DNA from: Hyphomicrobiales bacterium
GTDB lineage: Bacteria > Pseudomonadota > Alphaproteobacteria > Rhizobiales > Beijerinckiaceae
Assembly: GCA_026400565.1 (NCBI GenBank)
Contig: JAPLOV010000129.1
Coordinates: forward strand, 22,736 to 86,735
Length of the DNA: 64,000 nt
Reading direction: 5' to 3'
A program made the position numbers and the translations under genes. Positions within the stretch are counted from its first letter, which is position 1. The number at the start of each line of letters is the position of its first letter. The notes under the pieces were generated by a model. The model worked only from the letters and a program-made list of their open reading frames with translations, did not search any database and had not been told where the DNA came from. Below, in pieces: positions 9,349 through 17,509 of the stretch.

Positions 9349-10401
9349 TCATGGTCTGATGCCCTTGCACACATCGGCGATGATGCGGGCCGTGTCGGTC
9401 CAGCGCGGCAGGGTTGCCGCCGCAGCCCAGGCGGCATCGGCATGGCGCAGCCGCGCTCCGGCATCGCCGATCAGATAGGCCAGCGCTCCGGCCAGTGCGC
9501 CGGCATCGCCCGGCTCGACCTTCTGCGCGGCACTGTCTGGCAGTTGCGCTGCGCCAGAGCCGGACAGCGTGGTGACGATGGGCAACCCGCGCGCCAGTGC
9601 CTCGGTCAGCGCCATGCCATAGCCTTCGTAATGCGAGGCCATGACAAAGATATCGCTTTGGCGATAGTGCGCATCGACCTCGGTGTCGGTGAGCGCGCCG
9701 TGCAGCGTGACATGGCCATCAAGGCCCTTGGCTGCGATCAGGGCACGAAGAATGGTGCCGTAGCCCGTGCCGCCATGTTCCGCGCCAATGATGGTCAGGT
9801 GCCAAGGCAGCATCGGGATCGCGGCCAGTGCCTCGACCAAGACATCGTAGCCCTTGCGCGGCGACAGCGAGCCGACGGCCAGCAGGCGCACGGGCTGGCC
9901 GAAGCGCCGCTCGCTGGCGCGCTCCGCCGGCTCGACGCCCGGCTCGGCCACAGTAATCCGGCCAGCCGGAACACCGAATTGGGCGATCAGGATGTCGCGT
10001 GTCGCGGTGCTGGTCACGATCACCGCGCTGGCATAGCCAAGGGCCGCCGTCTCCAGCCGGATCAGGTCGGCAGCGCGGGCCGGATCAAGTCCGGTCTCAA
10101 GGCCAAGCGGGTGATGGCACAAAGCGACGACCCGGCCCGCCAGCCCTGCTGCAAACCCGGTCGGAAATGCGCCATAGGCCAGCCCGTCGATCAGGACGGG
10201 CGTGCGCCAGTCCTGTTCGAGCAGCAACCGGCTGGTCTCGGCAAGGTCCACCTCGGAAGGCGACGGAAACGAGCCGGGCAAGGGCACATGCACGGCCTCG
10301 ACGCCGAACTCCGGCAGCAGCCTGAGCACATGCCGGTCATACGCATAGCCCCCCGTCGGGCGGGTTATGTCCCCGGGGATGGCGAAGGCCACCGATGTCA
10401 T
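9349..10401 (-). CDS. Glycosyltransferase family 4 (GT-B)
   Basis: TGGYAYDR, VGSLSPRKG, SHYEGYGMALTEALARGLP (E-x7-E). Confidence 0.92.
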   Translation of the reverse strand: MTSVAFAIPGDITRPTGGYAYDRHVLRLLPEFGVEAVHVPLPGSFPSPSEVDLAETSRLLLEQDWRTPVLIDGLAYGAFPTGFAAGLAGRVVALCHHPLGLETGLDPARAADLIRLETAALGYASAVIVTSTATRDILIAQFGVPAGRITVAEPGVEPAERASERRFGQPVRLLAVGSLSPRKGYDVLVEALAAIPMLPWHLTIIGAEHGGTGYGTILRALIAAKGLDGHVTLHGALTDTEVDAHYRQSDIFVMASHYEGYGMALTEALARGLPIVTTLSGSGAAQLPDSAAQKVEPGDAGALAGALAYLIGDAGARLRHADAAWAAAATLPRWTDTARIIADVCKGIRP

Positions 10402-10799
10402 GCGAGCGGGCCTTCATAGGCGGCGCGAGCGAGATCGGTTTCGTGGAGCGTGACGCGGATGCGGCTCAGCCCCTTGCCATCCTCGCCCAGCGCGCCGGCC
10501 TTTGCGGCCTTCGCGATCTCGTCGAAGATGTGTTTGGCGAGAAACTCGGTGGTGGTGAGGATGCCCTTGAAGGCGGGAACCTCGTCGAGATTCTGATACT
10601 TCAGCGGCTTCAGGGTCTCGGCCAGAACGTCGAGCGCCGCTCCGATGTCGACCACGACATTGTGCCGGGTCATCGTCTCGCGGAAGAAGGCCACATCGAC
10701 CACAAAGGTCGCGCCGTGCATGTTCTGTGCGGGACCAAAGAACGGGTCCGGCAGCGAATGGCCGATCATGATGCGGTCACGGACTTCGACGGAGAACAT
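10398..10799 (-). CDS. 6-pyruvoyl-tetrahydropterin/6-carboxytetrahydropterin synthase-like T-fold protein (COG0720), atypical active site
   Basis: GHSL, FFGPAQNMHGATF, TTEFLA, VTLHET; 4-nt overlap with the GT4 start. Confidence 0.85.
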   Translation of the reverse strand: MFSVEVRDRIMIGHSLPDPFFGPAQNMHGATFVVDVAFFRETMTRHNVVVDIGAALDVLAETLKPLKYQNLDEVPAFKGILTTTEFLAKHIFDEIAKAAKAGALGEDGKGLSRIRVTLHETDLARAAYEGPLA

Positions 10800-10839
10800 G
10801 CGGTGTTTCCTTGTCAGGTGGGCTGGGGATGGTTGGGTT

Positions 10840-11829
10840 TCAGTAGGTCAGGACTGCGGTGAGGTGCGGTGAGCCGGGCGCGAACAGCGCCGGCAGGCGC
10901 TCCGGGGCCTCGGTGAAGGGAATGTCGGCGCTGATCAGCGCATCCAGCCGGTCATCGGCCAGCAATGCCAGCGCCTTGGCCATGCGGCGGGCATAGTCCC
11001 AGCGAGGACGGCGCGCGGTGGCGACATGGCCGACCTGGGACGAGACGAGCCTGAGGCGGCGCGAATGGAAGGCTCCGCCCAGTGCAACCGGCGTATCGCC
11101 CGCGCCATGCCAGCTCAATTCGACGACGGTGCCCTCGAAGCCGGCGAGCGAGATGGCCTTGTTGAGGCCGGCCGCGCTGGCGGATGTGTGGATGACGACA
11201 TCGCAATCGCTGACGCCTTCACCATTGCTGCTGAAGCGGCAACCGAGCGAGGCGGCAATGCCGGCGCGCCTGGTATCGATGTCGATGATCGTGACATCCG
11301 CACCGGGCAGCCTTGCGGCCAGCGAGGCCACCAGCAGCCCGACAACGCCGGCCCCGACCACGGCGATGCGGTCGCCCGGCCCTGCGCCGGCATCCCACAG
11401 AGCGTTCAGCGCGGTTTCGGCATTTGCGGCCAGCACGGCACGGCGCGGCGGCAGGCTCGCAGGCAGCAATGTCAGCTGTTCCGGCGGCAGCGCGAAATGG
11501 GCCTGATGCGGATGCAGCGCGAAGACATGTCGCCCAACCATCATCTCCGGGCCGGCCTCGACGATGCCGACGGCGCAGTAGCCGTACTTCACGGGGAACG
11601 GGAAAGCGCCCGCCATGTTGGGGCCCCTCATCCGCTCGCTTTCCGAGGCTGGCACGCGGCCCTCGAAGACCAGCCGTTCGGTGCCGCGGCTGATGCCGCT
11701 GAACAGGGTCCGCACCAGCGCCTCGCCGGGTCGCGCCTCGATCGTCAGCTCATTCAGGGCGCATTCACGCAGTGCCACATACCACAGGGCGCGGGTCGTG
11801 ATCGGGCCGGTTCGCATGTCTGTCGTCAA
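10840..11829 (-). CDS. Medium-chain (zinc-binding ADH-like) dehydrogenase/reductase
   Basis: GroES-like N-domain LFSGISRGTE..PFPVKYGY and Rossmann motif VVGAGVVG. Confidence 0.88.
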   Translation of the reverse strand: MTTDMRTGPITTRALWYVALRECALNELTIEARPGEALVRTLFSGISRGTERLVFEGRVPASESERMRGPNMAGAFPFPVKYGYCAVGIVEAGPEMMVGRHVFALHPHQAHFALPPEQLTLLPASLPPRRAVLAANAETALNALWDAGAGPGDRIAVVGAGVVGLLVASLAARLPGADVTIIDIDTRRAGIAASLGCRFSSNGEGVSDCDVVIHTSASAAGLNKAISLAGFEGTVVELSWHGAGDTPVALGGAFHSRRLRLVSSQVGHVATARRPRWDYARRMAKALALLADDRLDALISADIPFTEAPERLPALFAPGSPHLTAVLTY

Positions 11830-11867
11830 GGGATTCGTCCAAAGCGCCTGAGTGCCCTATGTGGGGC

Positions 11868-11932
11868 AGAGCCGGTCCGAGGTCCACCTCCGAGATCCAC
11901 CTCCGATGTCCGGCCAAGACATCTGTCCGCCA
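11868..11932 (+). repeat. Degenerate 13-nt tandem repeat in the MDR/opgH divergent region
   Basis: ggtccacctccga gatccacctccga at 11881-11906, flanked by degenerate units. Confidence 0.55.
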
Positions 11933-11997
11933 GATCCGTTGCCCGCCAGACCCCGCCCGTTTCAAGTTGCCCTTGCCACGCCATCCATGAGCCCCAG

Positions 11998-13821
11998 ATG
12001 AACCAGCGTCCCGAACCGTGCAATTTTGCGGCCGAGGCCAGTCAGCCTGCGCCTGAACGGGCTGATGGCCTGACGCCTGCGGGTCTTCAGAGCCGGGCCC
12101 TGATGACACGGCGGCGGCTGACCGTGCTGGTGCTGAACGTCACGCCCTTCGTTGCGCTGATGTGGGGGCTGTCGATCGTGCTCGCCGCCGGCGGCTGGAC
12201 GGTGATCGACGTGGTGATTTTCGTTGCCTTTGCCTTCGGCGCTCCGTGGACCGTGCTGGGCTTCTGGAATGCGGTGATCGGCCTGTGGCTTCTGCACGGT
12301 GTTGGCGATGGCGTGGAGCGGGTTGCACCCTTCGCTGCGGCGGGGCATTCCCATGATCCGGTCACCGTGCGCACCGCCATCTTCATGACCTTGCGCAACG
12401 AGGATCCGGGCCGCGCCATCTTCCGGCTCAAGACCGTCAAGCAGAGTGTCGACGCGACCGGGTTCGGCGCGGCCTATGACTACTTCCTCCTCTCGGACAG
12501 CAATGACGAGACCGTGGCCGCCCGCGAGGAGATGCTGGCGGCCGAGTGGGCGCGCGAGGTCGGCGATCCATCCCGCGTGGTCTATCGCCGCCGCACCGAC
12601 AACACCGGCTACAAGGCTGGCAACGTGCGCGATTTCTGCGAGCGCTGGGGGGATCGCTACGAGCTGATGCTGCCGCTCGATGCCGACTCGCTGATGTCCG
12701 GCGAAACGATCGTCGCCTACACCCGCATGATGCAGGCGTACCCGAAGCTGGGCATCCTGCAAAGCCTCGTGGTCGGCATGCCGTCGCAGTCGGCCTTCGC
12801 CCGCATCTTCCAGTTCGGCATGCGCCAGGGCATGCGCTCCTACACGATGGGGCAGGCCTGGTGGGTGGGTGATTGCGGCCCTTTCTGGGGTCACAACGCC
12901 TTCGTGCGCATCGCCCCGTTCCGCGATGCCTGCCATCTGCCCGTGCTGCCGGGCGGCCCGCCGCTTGGCGGGCATGTGATGAGCCACGATCAGGTCGAGG
13001 CGACGCTGATGCGCCGGGCCGGCTTCGAGGTGCGTGTGCACCCCGAGGAAGGCGGCTCATGGGAAGAGAACCCGCCGACCATGCTCGAATTCGCCAAGCG
13101 CGACCTGCGCTGGTGCCTCGGCAACCTGCAATACATCAAGCTGCTGGACATTCCGGGCCTCAAGCTGATGAGCCGTTTCCAGCTTGTCTGGGCCATCCTG
13201 ATGTTCGTGGGCCTGCCCGCGTGGACGCTGATGATTGCGCTGCTGCCGTTCAAGGTGCTGGAGGATCAGGGTCTGGCCTTCTATCCGTCCGGGCTGGCTG
13301 CGGGGCTCTATGTTCTGTTCTTCGTGATGTATCTTTCGCCGAAGTTTGCCGGCGCTGCCGATATCTTGCTAACAAAGGGTGGCACGGCGCGCTGGGGCGG
13401 GACAGGCAGATTCCTGCTGTCCGCCGCTATCGAGTTGGTGTTCTCCTTCCTGCAAGGGGCGGTCTCGACCTTCCGCACCACGATCTTCATGATCGGGCTT
13501 GCATTCGGCAAATCGACCATCGGCTGGAACGGGCAGTCGCGCGATGCTCAGGCGCTGTCGCTCAGGACAGCCTTGCAAGGGCTCTGGCCGCATCTGCTGT
13601 TCGGCATCTACGTGATCGGCGCGCTCTGGGTGCTGTCGCCCAAGGTGATGTGGTGGGCCATGCCGCTGCTGGCCGGCTATGTGCTTGCGGTGCCGTTTGC
13701 CATGCTCACCGCCGCGCCGGCGCTGGGGCGCTGGTTCCAGCGCAAGGGGCTGTGCGCGATCCCTGAGGATGTGGCACCCCCGCCAGAGGTCGAGACCGTT
13801 CTGAAGGCGTCGCGGTCATGA
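11998..13821 (+). CDS. opgH: Glucan biosynthesis glucosyltransferase H (OpgH/MdoH-like GT2)
   Basis: LSDSND, YRRR..N.GYKAGNV.DFCERWG, LDADS, FWGHNA, SHDQVE, RDLRWCLGNLQ; C-terminal TM bundle. Start set at ATG 11998. Confidence 0.92.
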   Translation: MNQRPEPCNFAAEASQPAPERADGLTPAGLQSRALMTRRRLTVLVLNVTPFVALMWGLSIVLAAGGWTVIDVVIFVAFAFGAPWTVLGFWNAVIGLWLLHGVGDGVERVAPFAAAGHSHDPVTVRTAIFMTLRNEDPGRAIFRLKTVKQSVDATGFGAAYDYFLLSDSNDETVAAREEMLAAEWAREVGDPSRVVYRRRTDNTGYKAGNVRDFCERWGDRYELMLPLDADSLMSGETIVAYTRMMQAYPKLGILQSLVVGMPSQSAFARIFQFGMRQGMRSYTMGQAWWVGDCGPFWGHNAFVRIAPFRDACHLPVLPGGPPLGGHVMSHDQVEATLMRRAGFEVRVHPEEGGSWEENPPTMLEFAKRDLRWCLGNLQYIKLLDIPGLKLMSRFQLVWAILMFVGLPAWTLMIALLPFKVLEDQGLAFYPSGLAAGLYVLFFVMYLSPKFAGAADILLTKGGTARWGGTGRFLLSAAIELVFSFLQGAVSTFRTTIFMIGLAFGKSTIGWNGQSRDAQALSLRTALQGLWPHLLFGIYVIGALWVLSPKVMWWAMPLLAGYVLAVPFAMLTAAPALGRWFQRKGLCAIPEDVAPPPEVETVLKASRS

Positions 13822-14591
13822 GCCCTCTCGTGAACGCGCGCGTGGCCTTGCCGAAGGGCACCGCGCTGTCGCTGCGCCGCTCCTTGCGCGTCTATCACGG
13901 CGACAAGAGCCGGCAGCCGGCCATGGATGCGCTCTATGGCCGCTTCGTGCGGCCGGGCGAACTGGCCTTCGACATCGGCAGCCATGTCGGTGACCGGGTC
14001 TCGTCGTTCCGCCGGCTCGGCGCGCGCGTGGTGGCGCTTGAACCCCAGCCGGGATGCGCCCGTGCGCTCAGACTGATTCATGGCCGCGATGGCATGGTCA
14101 CGCTGGTCGAGGCTGCCTGCGGATCTGCCGCCGGCACAGTCGAGATGAAGATCAACTCCGCCAATCCCACGGTTTCCACGGCTTCGGACGCATTCGTGGT
14201 GGCTGCCAGCGGTGCGGAAGGCTGGGCTGACCAGGTCTGGGACCACACGGTCACCGTGCCCTGCGTGACGCTGGACGGCCTGATCGCGGCCCATGGCGAA
14301 CCGGCCTTCGTCAAGGTCGATGTTGAGGGCTTCGAGCACGCGGTGCTGGCCGGCCTGTCTCGGCCGGTGAAAGCCCTGTCCTTCGAGTTCACGACGATCC
14401 AGCGCGATGTCGCCGATGCGTGCATCCGCCGCCTCGGCGAGATCGGAAACTACCGCTTCAACATCGCGCTCGGCGAGAGCCAGGTGCTGGCCTTCAAGGA
14501 GGCCATCAGCGCGGACGCGATGATCGCACACATCGCGGCCTTGCCGCACGAGGCGAACTCGGGTGATGTCTATGCGGTGTTGCAGGGATAG
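13818..14591 (+). CDS. FkbM family methyltransferase
   Basis: FDIGSHVGD, VALEPQP, FVKVDVEGFE; ATGA overlap with the opgH stop. Confidence 0.9.
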   Translation: MSPLVNARVALPKGTALSLRRSLRVYHGDKSRQPAMDALYGRFVRPGELAFDIGSHVGDRVSSFRRLGARVVALEPQPGCARALRLIHGRDGMVTLVEAACGSAAGTVEMKINSANPTVSTASDAFVVAASGAEGWADQVWDHTVTVPCVTLDGLIAAHGEPAFVKVDVEGFEHAVLAGLSRPVKALSFEFTTIQRDVADACIRRLGEIGNYRFNIALGESQVLAFKEAISADAMIAHIAALPHEANSGDVYAVLQG

Positions 14592-14605
14592 GTCGCATCC
14601 GTTGT

Positions 14606-14705
14606 CTCATCCTTCGAGGCGCTCAGGATGAGGTGGCGGATCCGGGATCATGATCCACGAGTTTGAATGTCAACAATCCTCATGGTGAGCCTGTCGAACC
14701 ATGAG
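14606..14705. repeat. Inverted pair of REP-like palindromes (BIME/RIME-like)
   Basis: ctcatccttcgaggcgctcaggatgag (14606-14632) and ctcatggtgagcctgtcgaaccatgag (14679-14705) are related and inverted. Confidence 0.7.
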
Positions 14706-14736
14706 TTCCAGTTCGTGCATGAAAGAGGCCGTCTCC

Positions 14737-15714
14737 ATGTTCCGCATCTCCGCCACCCTTGCTGCCATGGCTTTCAGCGCGACCGCGTTCGCGGCGTCGC
14801 TCGATGCGGTGCCGGTGACCGTCACCAACGAATCGGAGCCGGTGCTGTGCGCCGAGAAGGACAACATCACGATCAAGGTGACCTCGCCCGAGGTGCGGCG
14901 CTTCCGGATCGAGGCGGCGCATCCGCCCTATATCGGCGGTCTGGTCAAGGACAACTGGGAGGCCGACTGGACAGCCTGCGACATGACGGGCGATCCGTCG
15001 TTCACCGCGCCGGTACCGCCGCGCCGGGTCACGTTCTACGAAAGCATCGAATACTGGCTGGTGGGCTACACCTTCCCGACCTTCTGGCGGCCTGCCGATA
15101 CCACGTTCCGCGTCGGTGACCGGGTCGAGAAGGGGCTGCATCTGGTCCAGCTCTGGAAGCTCGGCAAGGACAAGTCCTATGAGGTGCTGGTGGTCTATCC
15201 GCAGGATGGCTACTGGCGGGCCCGCCCCATGCCGCCGGCGCACCTGAGCTTCAATGCCTACGGCTCGTCGTTCCTGTTCGGCCCCGTGGAGCAGGAGGGC
15301 CGCCCGGTGGTGAACATCAAGGAGATCGAGTTCGACCCCAAGACGCTCGAGTTCAAGATGGCCTTCAAGGACGGCTCCAACGGCTCGCTGAAGCTTGAGA
15401 GCGTTGACGAGAACCGGATGATCCTCGATGTGGTGCTCGACAGGCCGGTGGGTGGCGGCAAGGCCTTCGCCGCACTGCGCTCGATGTATGTCACTGACTT
15501 CAACAACGACGTGTCACGCATCGCCGTGCGCGAACCCGGCGCAAGGCGCTGGCGCGAGGAGCACATCCTCGATTTCCAGAAGGCGCAGGGCACCGATGTC
15601 TGGATGGGCCGGCTGACCCATTCCCAGCACAACACCTCCTCGCCCGACCATGTCTTCAAGGGCTTCAGCAAGGATCCGAAGCGGCCGGAGCCGGCAGCGG
15701 CGCGCAAGCCCTGA
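14737..15714 (+). CDS. Uncharacterised exported protein
   Basis: Sec signal MFRISATLAAMAFSATAFAA, host-like GC3, beta-rich mature region with two Cys. Confidence 0.8.
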   Translation: MFRISATLAAMAFSATAFAASLDAVPVTVTNESEPVLCAEKDNITIKVTSPEVRRFRIEAAHPPYIGGLVKDNWEADWTACDMTGDPSFTAPVPPRRVTFYESIEYWLVGYTFPTFWRPADTTFRVGDRVEKGLHLVQLWKLGKDKSYEVLVVYPQDGYWRARPMPPAHLSFNAYGSSFLFGPVEQEGRPVVNIKEIEFDPKTLEFKMAFKDGSNGSLKLESVDENRMILDVVLDRPVGGGKAFAALRSMYVTDFNNDVSRIAVREPGARRWREEHILDFQKAQGTDVWMGRLTHSQHNTSSPDHVFKGFSKDPKRPEPAAARKP

Positions 15715-15728
15715 GCCGAGCCTACTGC

Positions 15729-16724
15729 ATGCCCCGTCTTCCGCACCCGCTGCTGGCCGCCGACATCGGAGGCACCCATTGCCGGATCGCCATTGTCGAT
15801 GCGCCGGGTGCCGCGCCGCGCACGGTCATGCGCCTGTCGACGAAGGATGAACCAAGCTGCGAGGCAGCGCTGGCGCGGGCCATCACCGGTGCCGGCACAG
15901 TGCCGCGCTCGGCCATTCTGGCCGTGGCCGGCCCGGTCATCGGGCTTGGCGCAGAACTGACCAATGCCGGCTGGACCCTTGATGGCCCCTCGCTGATGGC
16001 GGCGCTGGGGCTGGAGCAGGGCTTGCTGCTCAACGACTTCGAAGCGCTGGCCTGCTGCCTGCCGGTGCTCGGCGCTGCAGATCTGACGGCCATCGGCGAT
16101 GGCGTTGCAGACCCGGCGGCCGATGGCGCGCGTCTCGTGCTCGGGCCCGGAACCGGATTTGGCGCTGCCGCGCTGGTAGGCCGCGCCGGCCGCTACACCA
16201 TCGTGCCGACCGAGGCTGGCCACATGGAGCTTGGCCCCGCCCTGCCGGACGAGATGGCATTGTGGCCGCTGCTGGAGCGTGTGCATGGACGCGTCACGGT
16301 GGAAAGCGTGCTCTCGGGGGCAGGTCTCGCCCGGCTCGATCTGGCGTTGCGGCATCTTGCCGGCGCGGACCTGACCTGGCGCGATGCCGCCGGGATTGCG
16401 GCAGCCGCCTTTGCCGGCAAGGCCACGGCGCTTGCGGCGGTCAGGCTGTTCGGGCGGCTGCTCGGGCGTGTCGCCGGCGATCTGGCATTGGCACTGAAGG
16501 CAACAGGCGGCGTCTTCCTCGCAGGCGGCATCACGCCGAAGCTGCTGCCGTTGTTCGACCATGGCGAGGTCCGCACCGCTTTTGCCACCAAACCACCAAT
16601 GCAGGCGCTGATGGCCGATGTGCGGCTGAGCGTGGTGACAGGCCCTGACCCGGCCGAGCGGGGGCTTGCGCTGGTGGCGCTCGACCCTGCGGCCTTCGGG
16701 CTTGAAACCCGGCTCTGGGCCTGA
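15729..16724 (+). CDS. glk: Glucokinase
   Basis: ADIGGTHCR, LNDFEA, GPGTGFG, TEAGH, GGVFLAGGI. Confidence 0.9.
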   Translation: MPRLPHPLLAADIGGTHCRIAIVDAPGAAPRTVMRLSTKDEPSCEAALARAITGAGTVPRSAILAVAGPVIGLGAELTNAGWTLDGPSLMAALGLEQGLLLNDFEALACCLPVLGAADLTAIGDGVADPAADGARLVLGPGTGFGAAALVGRAGRYTIVPTEAGHMELGPALPDEMALWPLLERVHGRVTVESVLSGAGLARLDLALRHLAGADLTWRDAAGIAAAAFAGKATALAAVRLFGRLLGRVAGDLALALKATGGVFLAGGITPKLLPLFDHGEVRTAFATKPPMQALMADVRLSVVTGPDPAERGLALVALDPAAFGLETRLWA

Positions 16725-16752
16725 GACAACAAGAGAAACAGGGGAAGATACC

Positions 16753-17499
16753 ATGCGTCTTGCGGGAAAGGTCGCGCTGGTCACCGGCGCCGGGCAGGGC
16801 TTCGGACAAGGCATCGCCGAGACCTTTGCCCGCGAAGGCGCGCGGGTGGCGGTGGTCGATCTTGACCTCGACAAGGCCCGCGCCGTGGCGAAAGGCATCG
16901 GCCGCCGCGCCTTCGCGATCAGGGCCGATGTCTCGAAGGCGCGCGATGTCACGCGGGCGGTGCAGGCGACGCTGAAGCGCTTCGGCGACCTTGAGCTGAT
17001 CGTCAACAATGCCGGCGTGACGCATCGCAACAAGCCGATGCTGGATGTGACCGAGGCTGAGTTCGACCGGGTCTTCGCGGTCAACGTCAAGTCAATCTTC
17101 CTGATGGCGCAGGCTGCGGTCCCGCATCTGCGCCAGCGCGGCGGCGGCGTCATCTGCAACATCGGTTCGACCGCCGGCATCCGGCCAAGGCCTGGCCTGA
17201 CCTGGTACAATGCCAGCAAGGGCGCGGTGAATCTCGTCTCGAAATCCATGGCGGTGGAGCTGGCCCCGGACAGGATCAGGGTCGTGGCCATCGCCCCGGT
17301 GGCCGGCGAGACGCCGCTGCTGGCGACATTCATGGGCGAGGACACCCCGGAAAAGCGCGCGGCTTTCCGGGCCAGCATCCCGATCGGACGGCTTTCGACG
17401 CCTCAGGACATTGCCAATGCCTGCCTGTTCGTCTGCTCCGACGAGGCGGCCATGGTCACCGGTGCCGTGCTGGAGGTCGATGGTGGGCGCTGCATCTGA
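16753..17499 (+). CDS. SDR family oxidoreductase (FabG/glucose 1-dehydrogenase-like)
   Basis: TGAGQGFG, VNNAG, WYNASK (YxxxK), VDGGR. Confidence 0.9.
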   Translation: MRLAGKVALVTGAGQGFGQGIAETFAREGARVAVVDLDLDKARAVAKGIGRRAFAIRADVSKARDVTRAVQATLKRFGDLELIVNNAGVTHRNKPMLDVTEAEFDRVFAVNVKSIFLMAQAAVPHLRQRGGGVICNIGSTAGIRPRPGLTWYNASKGAVNLVSKSMAVELAPDRIRVVAIAPVAGETPLLATFMGEDTPEKRAAFRASIPIGRLSTPQDIANACLFVCSDEAAMVTGAVLEVDGGRCI

Positions 17500-17509
17500 G
17501 CGCTCCGTG

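Noticed and set aside
11026-11997. 931-aa ORF suggesting a giant N-terminally extended OpgH
   Set aside because: The extension is antisense to the MDR gene and reads as shadow-frame sequence; OpgH-like sequence begins near 11998.
15258-17378. 706-aa minus-strand ORF
   Set aside because: Antisense shadow of glk, the SDR and the exported protein; no motifs. Expected at high GC.
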